Positions 48,887 to 59,400 of a DNA stretch of 64,000 nt are shown in pieces. Each line of letters opens with the position of its first letter. Position 1 is the stretch's first letter. A program made the translations under genes and the position numbers. The notes below the pieces were generated by a model that saw only the letters and a list, made by a program, of their open reading frames with translations, was not told the DNA's origin and ran no database searches. The stretch is from positions 21,875 to 85,874 of the forward strand of contig CASFBR010000132.1 in NCBI GenBank assembly GCA_949292795.1, in the 5' to 3' direction. Source of the stretch: an uncultured Eubacteriales bacterium. Lineage in GTDB: Bacteria; Bacillota; Clostridia; Lachnospirales; Lachnospiraceae.

Positions 48887-48947
48887 AATTCCTACTAATT
48901 TACTATGATTTCAATAACAATATATCATGGCGTGTCTAAAATGTCAA
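48887..48947 (-). promoter_or_regulatory. Rrf2-isc operon promoter and candidate operator
   Basis: TTGACA-17-TATATT with TG extension; imperfect palindrome AATCATAGTAAATTAGTAGGAATT just downstream. Confidence 0.6.
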
Positions 48948-48950
48948 CAT

Positions 48951-50909
48951 TTATTCTTCAAGAAGCGCCAGAAATTCGTCTTCTGTCAGTATGGGGATGT
49001 TAAGCTCATGCGCTTTTTTATTTTTCGATGAAGCGGAACGATTGTCATTATTGATCAGGTAATCTGTCTTTGATGAAACAGAGCCGGATACTTTACCGCC
49101 CTTTTCCTCGATCAGTGCTTTAAGCGCGCTGCGGTTATCAAAATGTATCAGGCTACCGGTAATGACAAATGTTTTCCCGGCTATATTTTCCACGCGTTCT
49201 CCCTGCTGCTCGCCGATAAGCGTTACCTCTTTAAGCAGCCGGTCGACCATCTCCTGATTGCTCTGTCTGGCAAAAAAATCAACAACGCTTTGAGCGATGA
49301 CCTGCCCGATACCGGGAATGGCGGTCAGCTGCGCCTCATCCGCTTTGCGGATGGCATCAAAATCCTGGTCAAACGCCGCGCATATAAGCCGGGCATTGGA
49401 AAGCCCTACGCCCGGGATGCCAAGGCTATATATAAACTTTGGCAGAAGGATCTGCCGGGCTTTTTCGATGGATTCCAGCAGATTTTCGTAAGATTTTTCG
49501 CCGAAGCCGTCCAGGGCAATGATCGCAGCTTTGTGGCCGGACAGCCGGAAAATATCGGCAAATTCATGGATAAAGCCTTCCTGAACAAATTTTTCCAGTG
49601 TCGCCTCGGAAAGTCCTTCAATATTGAATGCATCCCGGCTGACAAACAGTGAATAGGCTTTGATCTTTTTTGCCGGGCAATCCGTGTTCGTACAGTAAAG
49701 TGATTTTGTATCGTTCATCTGGACGATTTTTGTTTCCCCGCCGCATACCGGACAATGCTTCGGAATCTGAAGCCTGCCGGATTTTGTGAGATTGGATGCA
49801 ATCTGCGGGATGATCATATTCGCTTTATAAACTTCGATCGTATCGCCGATGCCAAGCTTCAGACTTTCGATAATGCTTAAATTATGGACGCTGGCCCGTG
49901 ACACCGTTGTGCCTTCTAACTCCACTGGTTCAAAAACAGCGACCGGATTGATTAGTCCGGTTCGGGAAGCGCTCCATTCAATTTCAAGCAGCTGTGTCCG
50001 GGCTGTCTCATCCGCCCATTTAAAGGCCATGGAGTCCCTCGGAAACTTTGCGGTGGTGCCAAGCGACCGGCTGTACTCAATATCATCATAGGTCAGTACA
50101 AGCCCGTCGGAGGGAATATCGTTTTGGGCAATGCGGGCGGCAAAAGACTCAACCGCAGCCTCGAGCGTATCTGCGGTGACCCGGCAGTACTCCACAATGT
50201 CAAAGCCAAGCTGTTTTAGCCATTCCATCTGCTGAATACGGGAATTGGCAAAATCCACGCCGTCTGCCCGCACGAGCGTGAATGCGTAAAAATAGACGCT
50301 GCGCGCCGCGGTCACCGCATTGTTGAGCTGACGCACAGAGCCGCTGCACAGATTGCGCGGATTTTTATAACGGGCATCCACATCTTCGATCTGTTCGTTG
50401 ATCCTTTTAAAATCCGAATACTTAATGACTGCCTCCCCCCGCAGGACAAGCTCACCGTCATAGGCGATTTTATGAGGGAGATTTTTAAAAACGCGTGCAT
50501 TGTTGGTGATTACCTCACCGATTTCGCCGTTTCCCCGGGTGACAGCCTTTTCAAGGACACCGTGACGATAGGTCAGCACGATCGTCAGGCCGTCCATTTT
50601 CCAGGACAGCGATGCTGCGTTTGAGCCAAGCCATGACTTTAGCGCCTGGACATCTTTTGTTTTATCAAGGGACAGCATCGGCGATTCATGGCGCTCCTTT
50701 GGGAGCTCGCTGACGGCTTCATATCCAACATGAACGGTCGGGCTGTTGGAAAGGACGGTCCCTGTTTCCTTTTCCAGCGCCGCAAGTTCGTCATATAAGG
50801 CATCATATTCATAATTGCTCATCAGCTCACGGTCCTGCTGATAGTAGGCGCGGCCGGCTTCATTAAGCTGTGAGACGAGCGCTTTCATCCGTGTTATTTT
50901 TTCTTCCAT
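48951..50909 (-). CDS. ligA: NAD-dependent DNA ligase
   Basis: KMDG, TRGNG, DGLV, AFKWA, Zn finger, HhH and BRCT domains. Confidence 0.98.
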   Translation of the reverse strand: MEEKITRMKALVSQLNEAGRAYYQQDRELMSNYEYDALYDELAALEKETGTVLSNSPTVHVGYEAVSELPKERHESPMLSLDKTKDVQALKSWLGSNAASLSWKMDGLTIVLTYRHGVLEKAVTRGNGEIGEVITNNARVFKNLPHKIAYDGELVLRGEAVIKYSDFKRINEQIEDVDARYKNPRNLCSGSVRQLNNAVTAARSVYFYAFTLVRADGVDFANSRIQQMEWLKQLGFDIVEYCRVTADTLEAAVESFAARIAQNDIPSDGLVLTYDDIEYSRSLGTTAKFPRDSMAFKWADETARTQLLEIEWSASRTGLINPVAVFEPVELEGTTVSRASVHNLSIIESLKLGIGDTIEVYKANMIIPQIASNLTKSGRLQIPKHCPVCGGETKIVQMNDTKSLYCTNTDCPAKKIKAYSLFVSRDAFNIEGLSEATLEKFVQEGFIHEFADIFRLSGHKAAIIALDGFGEKSYENLLESIEKARQILLPKFIYSLGIPGVGLSNARLICAAFDQDFDAIRKADEAQLTAIPGIGQVIAQSVVDFFARQSNQEMVDRLLKEVTLIGEQQGERVENIAGKTFVITGSLIHFDNRSALKALIEEKGGKVSGSVSSKTDYLINNDNRSASSKNKKAHELNIPILTEDEFLALLEE

Positions 50910-50936
50910 AGGCCTGTTCTCCTCTTCAATCGATCT

Positions 50937-51671
50937 TTAATGCAATGAAATATCCGGGCTTCCTAAAAGCTTATAAAGCTCAGACAGCTCCTGCTGTGTC
51001 AGATAGCGCCACTGTCCATAGCCGAGACTGCCAAGTCGGATGTTCATAATGCGTATGCGTTTCAGCGTAACGACGCGGTAACCAAGTGCCTGGCACATCC
51101 GGCGGATCTGCCGGTTTAACCCCTGGGTCAGAATGATCGAAAAGGTCTGCTTTCCGGTGGCCCATATCCGGCACGGCCGGGTCGTTACCTGAAGCTCTTT
51201 AAGATAAACGCCCGCGCCCATTTTCTGAATAAACGTCTCTGTCAGCGGACGGTTGACACAGACCGTATATTCCTTTTCATGGGCCTGTGACGCACGCATC
51301 ATCGGATTGACAAGCGCGCCGTCACTGGTCAGCAAAAGCAGCCCTTCCGAGTCCTTATCAAGACGTCCTACCGGAAATACCCGGCGGTCGAGGTTTAAAT
51401 AATCGATTACATTGTCTTTATCATTTTTTGTTGTGCAGACGATCCCGCGCGGTTTATTAAGAGCAATATAGACCGGCTCTTTTTTATTTTGCCGCACCGG
51501 ACGGCCCTTAAAACAGATTGTTTCCTTCCCTGTCACCTTCTCGCCCATATGGGCTGTCTGTCCATTGATGGTCACCAAGCCCTGCGCGATGCACGCGTCC
51601 GCTTCTCTGCGTGAACAGACGCCGTGTTCACTTAAATACTTGTTCAGCCGGATGTATGTTTCTTCTGGCAA
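50937..51671 (-). CDS. RNA pseudouridine synthase (RsuA/RluF family)
   Basis: S4 domain RLNKYL..CSRREAD, LNKPRG, GRLDKDSEGLLLLT, GLNRQIRRM; TTG start with GAGGAG RBS inferred. Confidence 0.93.
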   Translation of the reverse strand: MPEETYIRLNKYLSEHGVCSRREADACIAQGLVTINGQTAHMGEKVTGKETICFKGRPVRQNKKEPVYIALNKPRGIVCTTKNDKDNVIDYLNLDRRVFPVGRLDKDSEGLLLLTSDGALVNPMMRASQAHEKEYTVCVNRPLTETFIQKMGAGVYLKELQVTTRPCRIWATGKQTFSIILTQGLNRQIRRMCQALGYRVVTLKRIRIMNIRLGSLGYGQWRYLTQQELSELYKLLGSPDISLH

Positions 51672-51690
51672 AATAATGCTCCTCTCAAAA

Positions 51691-51862
51691 AAGAGTTCCC
51701 CTGTGGGAACTCTTGATTTTATGCGATACGCCCGGAGGGTTGCCCGCCGTGCTTGCACGGGCGGGCAACCGGCGGGCAGCGGTCATCGCGTGGCAATGCC
51801 ACGCGATGAGCGAGGTATCGCGATGATCGGGTATGGGAAGGAAAATTCCCCTATCCGATTAT
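51691..51862 (-). other. Multi-hairpin GC-rich intergenic structure ending in a terminator-like hairpin
   Basis: Stems at 51691-51714, 51738-51770, 51783-51809 and 51826-51859. Confidence 0.7.
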
Positions 51863-51868
51863 TGTATT

Positions 51869-52771
51869 TTACGCGCTTTCGCCGTCGGCCGGGGCATCTG
51901 TGCTGTTTGCACAGCTATCTCCCGCTGCGCTGTCTGCACCGGCAACTCCGGCTGCGCTGCTATCCCCGGAGGAAGTGGGTTCCGCGAAAGAGTCAGCTTC
52001 GGACGAAGCGTCCTTGGATGCGGGGCTTTGTGTTTCAGATGTATCCGACGACGCCGTTTCTGACTCCCCGGCGCTTTGCGTCAGCTCATCCACAAAAGCT
52101 TTCACCTGGGGGTCCTCCTCGATTACTGCGGCCATCCGGTCATTGACGTCCGAATAAAGCGCGCGAATATCTTCGTCCTTGATCAGCTCGGAAATGTATT
52201 TTTGTATATCGCTTCCGTATACATAATCAGCCGAAGCCGGATCATACTCTCCCGGATAAATGTAATAGCTCCCGTCATCCTTCTGCCGTACATAAACGTA
52301 GGAAATATTTGGAAGCAGGGTATCGATGCCGTCGATCTTAAGATCATCATAGATGAATACAACCTTTGATGTGTCATCCATCCCGTCTTTAATATAGCAG
52401 GCCGTATTCTCATAGCCTGTAATGATCTGCGCAGTCGCCGTAATAACATCGCTGTTCATAACCTCATCGGTATTATAAATCGTTTTCAGGGCGTCTATAT
52501 CTGCACTGGCAAAGGCAGTGCGGTAATCATCGATCAGGGCGTCAATCTGCGTCTGCATATCCGGTGACGCTCCATCGGCATCACTTTCTGAAGCGCTTTG
52601 CGTCTCTGTGCCGGTCTGGTCCGGCACCTTTTGATCTGCCGTTTCACGATTTCCTCCGGTGAGATTGAAAATCAAGGCAACTATTATAGCAGCAAGGGCG
52701 ATCGTTACTAAAATGATCAAAATGATCTTTTTGCGTTCGTCTGGTGCGTGATTTGGCACTGTACTTTTCAT
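51869..52771 (-). CDS. Hypothetical single-TM membrane-anchored protein (NTF2-like extracellular region, acidic Ser-rich tail)
   Basis: Long ORF with RBS, one hydrophobic helix near the N terminus, low-complexity ends. Confidence 0.75.
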   Translation of the reverse strand: MKSTVPNHAPDERKKIILIILVTIALAAIIVALIFNLTGGNRETADQKVPDQTGTETQSASESDADGASPDMQTQIDALIDDYRTAFASADIDALKTIYNTDEVMNSDVITATAQIITGYENTACYIKDGMDDTSKVVFIYDDLKIDGIDTLLPNISYVYVRQKDDGSYYIYPGEYDPASADYVYGSDIQKYISELIKDEDIRALYSDVNDRMAAVIEEDPQVKAFVDELTQSAGESETASSDTSETQSPASKDASSEADSFAEPTSSGDSSAAGVAGADSAAGDSCANSTDAPADGESA

Positions 52772-53034
52772 AATCTTTCTCCTTTGAAAATTGTTATTTT
52801 TATGCCTACATTGTAGCAAAAAACCACTTAAAAAGCAATATGCATAAATTTGACGCACTTCGACACCACTTCAACCCCTAAAAAGCCCCACTTTTGGTAT
52901 TCTGACTGTCATTTGCAACGATTCAGCCAGGCATCTCGCGTTTGCGCTGCCGGCGCATGGCTGAATAGCTGCGCCATTTAAATTTTTTTAAAATAAGGAT
53001 TGCATTTTAAAAGAAAATGCGTTATACTACTTGG

Positions 53035-53106
53035 GTACCTGTAGCTCAGTGGATAGAGCACTGGCCTCCGGAGCCAGGTGCGAGGGTTCGATTCCCTTCA
53101 GGTACA
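53035..53106 (+). tRNA. tRNA-Arg(CCG)
   Basis: GTACCTGTAGCTCAGTGGATAGAGC, anticodon stem CTGGC-CTCCGGA-GCCAG, GGTTCGATTCC; promoter TTGCAT-17-TATACT. Confidence 0.95.
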
Positions 53107-53132
53107 TTGACCGGCAGATTTCATATCTGCCG

Positions 53133-53175
53133 TTTTTTATTGCACAGGAAACGGTGTCCCTGTGCAATAAAAAAG
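53133..53175. terminator. Bidirectional terminator between tRNA-Arg and ppk2
   Basis: TTTTTATTGCACAGG/CCTGTGCAATAAAAA inverted repeat. Confidence 0.85.
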
Positions 53176-53182
53176 CTCCGCC

Positions 53183-54679
53183 TTATTTCAGCCGCTGCTC
53201 AAGCGCATCCACAACGGTTTTCAGCACTTTTACGCGGGCGTAGTATTTGGAATTTCCTTCCACGATGACCCAGGGTGCGTAGGTTGTCGACGTGCGCACG
53301 ATCATCTCATTTACCGCATCCTCATACTGCTCCCATTTCTCCCGGTTACGCCAGTCCTCATCGGTGATCTTCCACTGCTTTTCAGGATTCGACATGCGCT
53401 CATTAAATCGCCGTTCCTGCTCATCCTTATCAATGTGCATCCAGAATTTAATGACAACAGCGCCTGCGTTGTGCAAATGCTCTTCCATCTGGTTGATCTC
53501 CTTATACGCTCTTTGCCACTCCTCTTCCGTACAAAAGCCTTCAATGCGCTCCACCATCACACGCCCGTACCAGGTGCGGTCAAAGATCGCAATATGACCT
53601 GCCTTTGGCATATTATTCCAGAAACGCCACAGATAGTGGTGGGCTTTTTCAATGTCATTTGGGGAGGCTGTGGGCACAACCTCGTAGCCTCTCGGGTCCA
53701 GGTTCGCTGTCAGCCGTTTGATTGCTCCGCCCTTTCCGCCGGCATCCCAGCCTTCAAAAGCGAGAACAACCGGTACCCTGCGCCGGTAAAGCTCGCTGTG
53801 AAGCGTGCCGAGCTTTGTCTGAAGCTCCTTCAAGCGCTTTTTATAAACATCCTTGGAGAGGCTTTTTGAAAGGTCGGCCCCGTCAAGAACAGATGTTTTA
53901 AAGGCGTGCTCCGCCGGCAAAGCAGCCGGAGCCGGCGCCCCCGGACTCTGAGCGTTTTGAGCCTGACGGACATCGTCGAGCTTATTTTTCAATATATGGA
54001 CAACTGTGGAGAGGATTTTCGCAGAAGCATATTCTCTGTCCGTAGCTTCCACGATCGTCCACGGAGCAAAGGCTGTATCGGTCTTTTCAAGCATATCCTC
54101 GTATACGCCGACATATTCGTCATACTGTTTATTATGCTTCCAGTCCTCATCAGTGACACGCCAGCTCGTCTGTTCATTGGAGGCCAGCTTTTCAAATCGC
54201 TTTTTCTGCTCTTTTCTGGAAATGTGAAGGAAAAATTTAATGATCAGCGTACCATCCACAGAGAGCTGTTCCTCAAAAGAGACAATCTCACTGTAAGCAT
54301 TCATTAGCTGTTCTTTGGAAACATGCCCGTCCACACGGTCTTTGACAACACGGTTGTACCAGCTGCGGTCAAAAACATGTATCCGGCCTTTAGCCGGCGT
54401 CTTTGTCCAAAAGCGCCACAAAAAGGGACGCATCGCCTCCTCCTCATTCTCCTTTTGAATCGTAAATACTTTAAATCCTCTCGGGTCCATCGGCTGAATC
54501 AGACGGTTGATCAAGGTTCCTTTTCCTGAAGCCCCCCAGCCTTCAAAAATGATCATGACAGGAATCTGATATTGCTTGGCTTCCCGCTGAAGCAGGGCCA
54601 GCTCGCGGTCCATCTCATCCATCAGCGCTTTGGTTTCTTTCTTTTTAAGAGTTTTTGTCAGATCAATACACTCCAGCAT
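53183..54679 (-). CDS. ppk2: Two-domain PPK2 (polyphosphate:AMP phosphotransferase)
   Basis: Duplicated FEGWGASGKG / FEGWDAGGKGG and FDRSWY / FDRTWY motifs. Confidence 0.95.
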   Translation of the reverse strand: MLECIDLTKTLKKKETKALMDEMDRELALLQREAKQYQIPVMIIFEGWGASGKGTLINRLIQPMDPRGFKVFTIQKENEEEAMRPFLWRFWTKTPAKGRIHVFDRSWYNRVVKDRVDGHVSKEQLMNAYSEIVSFEEQLSVDGTLIIKFFLHISRKEQKKRFEKLASNEQTSWRVTDEDWKHNKQYDEYVGVYEDMLEKTDTAFAPWTIVEATDREYASAKILSTVVHILKNKLDDVRQAQNAQSPGAPAPAALPAEHAFKTSVLDGADLSKSLSKDVYKKRLKELQTKLGTLHSELYRRRVPVVLAFEGWDAGGKGGAIKRLTANLDPRGYEVVPTASPNDIEKAHHYLWRFWNNMPKAGHIAIFDRTWYGRVMVERIEGFCTEEEWQRAYKEINQMEEHLHNAGAVVIKFWMHIDKDEQERRFNERMSNPEKQWKITDEDWRNREKWEQYEDAVNEMIVRTSTTYAPWVIVEGNSKYYARVKVLKTVVDALEQRLK

Positions 54680-54910
54680 AAAATACGCCTCCTTATATCC
54701 AGGCACCCTGCCTGCAGCCATTTTTTACAGTTCCCCGGGCCCCCGGGCCTGTGTACCTCAAGGTGTTCAGGCTGCCGGCAGACGCGGCTTGTTAATTGCT
54801 ACTATCATAACATATTTTTATAAGCAAGGGTATAGTTTATACCAAAAAAAATCCTATATATTGCATATTTTTTATGCAATATATAGGATTTATTACGTTC
54901 ATTTTCTAAA

Positions 54911-56464
54911 TCACTTGGCGTAATCAACGACCCGCGATTCGCGGATAACATTGACCTTTACCTGCCCCGGATATTCCATCTCCGATTCAATCTTTTTGGA
55001 AATATCTCTGGCCAACAGAACCATATCGTCATCGCTGACCTGCTCAGGTACGACCATGATCCGAATCTCTCTCCCCGCTTGTATAGCAAAAGATTTATCT
55101 ACGCCTTTAAAATCATTGGCAATATCTTCTAATTGTTTTAATCTGTTTGTATAAGTTTCCAAAGTTTCCCTGCGTGCGCCAGGGCGTGCCGCTGAAATCG
55201 TATCGGCGGCCTGCACGATACATGCGATCAGTGATGCCGGCTCAACATCACCGTGATGTGCTTCCACAGCATTGATAACGACCGGCGATTCTTTATATTT
55301 GCGGCAAAGATCTACGCCGATCTGAATATGGGAGCCTTCCATCTCATGATCGACCGACTTGCCAATATCGTGGAGCAGTCCCGCACGTTTGGCCATGCGG
55401 ACATCCACACCGATCTCACCGGCTAAAAGACCGGAAAGCTGAGCGACTTCGATGGAATGCTTTAAGGCATTTTGTCCATAGCTTGTCCGAAACTTCATCT
55501 TGCCGAGCAGCCGTACAAGCTCCGGATGGATTCCATGCACGCCTACCTCAAGGGTGGCCGCTTCGCCTTCTTCCCGGATCATCGTTTCGACTTCCTTCTG
55601 TGCCTTTTCCACCATCTCCTCGATCCTTGCCGGATGGATACGGCCGTCAACGATGAGCTTTTCCAGTGCGATCCTTGCAACCTCTCTGCGGATCGGATCA
55701 AAGCTGGACAGGATAACCGCTTCCGGAGTATCATCGATAATCAGATCAATCCCGGTCATCGTCTCCAGTGTACGGATATTGCGCCCTTCACGTCCGATAA
55801 TACGGCCTTTCATTTCGTCATTCGGCAGAGGCACAACAGAGATCGTCGTTTCAGCAACATGGTCAGCAGCACATTTCTGAATCGCTGTAACGACATAATC
55901 CTTCGCTTTCTTTGAAGCCTCTTCCTTTGCCTTGTTTTCAAGGTCCTTGACGAGCATCGCTGTTTCATGTTTTACTTCGTCTTCAACAGTTTTTAAAAGA
56001 TATTCTTTTGCTTGTTCGGAGGTTAAACCTGAGATTCTCTCTAATTCCTGTACCCTTTGCTCATTAAGCTTTTCGACTTCCAGCTTAAGCTTGTTGAGCC
56101 GGTCCTCTCTGGACGCCAGCTGATTTTCCTTCTTTTCAAGGGCATCCGCCTTTCTGTCCAGTGACTCTTCCTTGCCAAGTACCCGCTTTTCGTACTTCTG
56201 TAATTCCGCCCTGCGTTCTCTGCTTTCGCGTTCCAGCTCGTTTTTATTTTTCAGAGCTTCTTCCTTAACCTCCAGCAGGCCTTCGCGCTTTTTGGTTTCC
56301 GCTGTTTTCATGGCTTCGTCAATAATCTCACGAGCCTTTTCCTCAGCGCTGCCAATCTTGCTTTCAACAACTTTCTTTCTATAAGAAATTGCCACATTCC
56401 AGGCAACAAGCGCAGCAATAATTACAGCAACGACGATCACCGGTATTGCTATAAATAACGGCAC
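54911..56464 (-). CDS. rny: Ribonuclease Y
   Basis: N-terminal TM and coiled coil, KH domain ([12 protein letters not shown]), HD domain (LLHDIGK). Confidence 0.98.
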   Translation of the reverse strand: MPLFIAIPVIVVAVIIAALVAWNVAISYRKKVVESKIGSAEEKAREIIDEAMKTAETKKREGLLEVKEEALKNKNELERESRERRAELQKYEKRVLGKEESLDRKADALEKKENQLASREDRLNKLKLEVEKLNEQRVQELERISGLTSEQAKEYLLKTVEDEVKHETAMLVKDLENKAKEEASKKAKDYVVTAIQKCAADHVAETTISVVPLPNDEMKGRIIGREGRNIRTLETMTGIDLIIDDTPEAVILSSFDPIRREVARIALEKLIVDGRIHPARIEEMVEKAQKEVETMIREEGEAATLEVGVHGIHPELVRLLGKMKFRTSYGQNALKHSIEVAQLSGLLAGEIGVDVRMAKRAGLLHDIGKSVDHEMEGSHIQIGVDLCRKYKESPVVINAVEAHHGDVEPASLIACIVQAADTISAARPGARRETLETYTNRLKQLEDIANDFKGVDKSFAIQAGREIRIMVVPEQVSDDDMVLLARDISKKIESEMEYPGQVKVNVIRESRVVDYAK

Positions 56465-56513
56465 AAGAGCACCTCCTTATTTAGTTTTCATTGTACAAAC
56501 ATACAACACATAA

Positions 56514-56542
56514 ATTTTATACTTTTTTTAGTGTTATGTCAA
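56514..56542 (-). promoter_or_regulatory. rny promoter
   Basis: TTGACA-17-TAAAAT. Confidence 0.75.
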
Positions 56543-56596
56543 GTAGCATATCAATTATTTTTAGACATAGTAACTAAAAACAGCGGTTAATATATA

Positions 56597-57202
56597 TTAA
56601 ATACTGTCAAATTCTTTGATTACACTGGCAATATCACCATATTTATAGCCTTTTCGCAGGAAATAGTTGAATATCTTCTGCTTTTTTTCGGGAGAGGTCT
56701 CATGAATATCACCAAATTTTCGACGGCAAATCTGTCGAATATTTTCAACGTCATCCACCGGACACGCTTCCATACAGGAACGGATCGTCTCCGAGTCCAC
56801 TCCCTTGGACAGCAGCGTCTGGTAGATCATGCGGCGGCTTTTCCCCTGAGCCTTATAGGATAGATAGCTCTCTGTGTAGTGTGTATCATCAATATAATGA
56901 TAAGAATCTACATAATCCAGCGCCTCCGACACCGCCTTTTCAGGAAATCCCCGGCGTGCCAGCGCCTCTTTAAGCTCCCGGCGCGTATAATCCCGGCGCT
57001 CCAGAAGGGCCAGCGCTTTAAGCTTGGCCGGACGCCGCACATATTCATCATAAAGGCTGTCAAACGCTGCATCTGAAAGGCTGCCGCCAACACACAGATG
57101 AAGCGTCTGAACGACCGAAGACGGAAGGGTCAGACGGATCGTATCATCGATGACAACCTGTGTTTTTAAACGGCTGAGCGCTTCTACTTCTGTAATCACC
57201 AT
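56597..57202 (-). CDS. recX: Regulatory protein RecX
   Basis: RRDYTRREL, YIDDTHY, YFLRKGY; directly after recA. Confidence 0.93.
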   Translation of the reverse strand: MVITEVEALSRLKTQVVIDDTIRLTLPSSVVQTLHLCVGGSLSDAAFDSLYDEYVRRPAKLKALALLERRDYTRRELKEALARRGFPEKAVSEALDYVDSYHYIDDTHYTESYLSYKAQGKSRRMIYQTLLSKGVDSETIRSCMEACPVDDVENIRQICRRKFGDIHETSPEKKQKIFNYFLRKGYKYGDIASVIKEFDSI

Positions 57203-57207
57203 TGCTT

Positions 57208-58338
57208 TTACGGCTCATCCTTGTCAAGCAGGGAAAAGATCGTGGCATCCTCCCCTTCCTTTGGCAGCGCTTCGCCGGCAGCGGCAGGCTCGTGAGACGG
57301 TGCCAGGCCAAACTTTTCACGGACTTTATTTTCGATCTCATCAAGGACATCCGGATGCTCGTTCAGATACTGCTTCGTATTCTCACGGCCCTGGCCGATC
57401 TTTGCGTCATTGTAGGAATACCATGCGCCGCTCTTGATGACAATGCCTGTATTGGCAGCCAGATCAAGGACATCGCCTTCCCGGGAGATACCCTTTCCGA
57501 ACATAATGTCAAACTCGGCCTCCTTAAACGGCGGAGCAATTTTGTTTTTCACGACCTTGACGCGCACACGGTTACCCACGATCTCACCGCCCATTTTCAG
57601 TGACTCGATACGGCGGATGTCCAGACGGATCGATGAATAAAACTTCAGCGCGCGGCCGCCGGTCGTCGTCTCGGGATTTCCGAACATGACGCCCACCTTT
57701 TCACGCAGCTGGTTAATAAAGACAACAATACAGTTGGAACGGCTGATAACAGCTGTGAGCTTACGGAGTGCCTGGGACATGAGACGGGCCTGAAGTCCCA
57801 CATGGCTGTCACCCATATCGCCGTCGATTTCGGCTTTTGGCACAAGTGCGGCAACCGAGTCCACAACAACAATGTCCACTGCACCGGAGCGCACCATCGT
57901 TTCGGTAATCTCCAGCGCCTGCTCGCCGTTATCCGGCTGAGATATGTACAGATTATCAATATCGACACCGATATTGCGCGCATAAGCCGGGTCAAGGGCA
58001 TGCTCCGCATCAATAAAGCCGGCAATACCGCCTCTTTTCTGAACCTCGGCAACCATATGAAGGGTTACCGTCGTCTTACCAGACGACTCAGGCCCGTAAA
58101 TTTCAATGATTCTTCCCTTTGGAATACCGCCGAGGCCAAGAGCGAGGTCCAGGCTTAGTGCGCCTGTGGGGACGGTCTCTACATCCATTGATGAGCCTTT
58201 ATCACCGAGCTTCATAACAGAGCCCTTGCCAAACTGCTTCTCGATATGTGCCAGCGCAGCATCCAGCGCCTTAAGCTTTTCGTTCTGATCGGTCGGGTCA
58301 GCCAGCGGCTTGAAGATTTTTTCGTTTTTTTCTGCCAT
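57208..58338 (-). CDS. recA: Recombinase A
   Basis: [39 protein letters not shown]. Confidence 0.99.
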   Translation of the reverse strand: MAEKNEKIFKPLADPTDQNEKLKALDAALAHIEKQFGKGSVMKLGDKGSSMDVETVPTGALSLDLALGLGGIPKGRIIEIYGPESSGKTTVTLHMVAEVQKRGGIAGFIDAEHALDPAYARNIGVDIDNLYISQPDNGEQALEITETMVRSGAVDIVVVDSVAALVPKAEIDGDMGDSHVGLQARLMSQALRKLTAVISRSNCIVVFINQLREKVGVMFGNPETTTGGRALKFYSSIRLDIRRIESLKMGGEIVGNRVRVKVVKNKIAPPFKEAEFDIMFGKGISREGDVLDLAANTGIVIKSGAWYSYNDAKIGQGRENTKQYLNEHPDVLDEIENKVREKFGLAPSHEPAAAGEALPKEGEDATIFSLLDKDEP

Positions 58339-58381
58339 TATAAACTTCCTTTTCTCAAAATAATATTACACCTTGATAAAA

Positions 58382-58434
58382 CGAACACTTGTTCTTACGA
58401 AAGCTATTTTAATCGATAATCAAGTGCTTGTCAA
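58382..58434 (-). promoter_or_regulatory. recA promoter with LexA (Cheo) box
   Basis: TTGACA-17-TAAAAT (58406-58434); CGAAC-ACTT-GTTCT at 58382-58395 fits the Firmicutes GAAC-N4-GTTC box. Confidence 0.85.
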
Positions 58435-58588
58435 TATATTTTCATTATACCGTCCGCGTAAATTTCTGTAAACTTTTTTTGCCCGTCATCTTTTGACAAA
58501 GATAGCAAAAAAACAGCGGCAATCTCCGGCCAAAAACATAATGCCCGTCGATAAGTCACAATATGTCGATAAAATCTTACATTATCTA

Positions 58589-59398
58589 TTACGATTCATA
58601 CATTTTGGCGTAAGCCTTTTCAATAATATAGTTCATATGTTCCTCATGAATATCCGGTACCTTTTCCAGAATCATTTGTTTCATCATATCCTGGCAGGCA
58701 AAATACGCCTCTTCCTCCGACGTTTCCGACTGGCGGCATCCATCTAAACGCTGCTTTTGCGCGTCCTGCATAAGCCATTCCATCAGGCTTCGTTCCCGGG
58801 CATATTCCTCGGAAATCCGGCTTTTATATTCTCCGGATTTTTTTAAGGCATTGATGCCCATAATTAAAAAAACGCCGAAAAAGACGATGAGGACGCCATA
58901 AAACACATACTGCATAACCGGATCAAGCGACAGCGGGATCACGCCTGCTGCGATTAAAGCAAGACCAATCAGCCCGGCAGCGCCGATGATTGTGAGCATA
59001 TAGCCGCTGGACTTTGTATCCTGATATTTTTCTTCCGGCCGGACATAGGTTGCCGTGTGCCTTGAAAGCTGACGGCCAAGCTCTTCCGGTGTCAGCACAT
59101 CTTCATCTTCAGGATCATCTTCTCCATTATGATCCTCAGCTTCATTGACATCTGCAGCTTTACCGCCATCTTCATTTTCTTCCTTTTCATTTCTATCGGC
59201 ATCATTTCCATTTCTACCGGCATCTTTGCCCTCATCCGCATTGCCGTCCCGGGTATGGCACATGCCGGCGTCTGCTTCATCCGCACTGTATGTGCCGGCA
59301 GGCGCATCCTCCAAAGAAGCGACCAGCGGAGTATGGCAATCCGCACATTTTTCAATTCCTTCAATATATTCCGTCTTACATTTTGGACACCAGGGCAT
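58589..59398 (-). CDS. Hypothetical membrane protein with N-terminal zinc ribbon
   Basis: MPWCPKC...CADC, acidic linker, two TM helices. Confidence 0.8.
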   Translation of the reverse strand: MPWCPKCKTEYIEGIEKCADCHTPLVASLEDAPAGTYSADEADAGMCHTRDGNADEGKDAGRNGNDADRNEKEENEDGGKAADVNEAEDHNGEDDPEDEDVLTPEELGRQLSRHTATYVRPEEKYQDTKSSGYMLTIIGAAGLIGLALIAAGVIPLSLDPVMQYVFYGVLIVFFGVFLIMGINALKKSGEYKSRISEEYARERSLMEWLMQDAQKQRLDGCRQSETSEEEAYFACQDMMKQMILEKVPDIHEEHMNYIIEKAYAKMYES

Positions 59399-59400
59399 CG

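Noticed and set aside
34412-54721. Extended N termini in the ORF track for smpB, pgk, gpmI, ppk2, the pseudouridine synthase and others
   Set aside because: Downstream start codons have clear Shine-Dalgarno sequences and match the family N termini, so shorter starts were used
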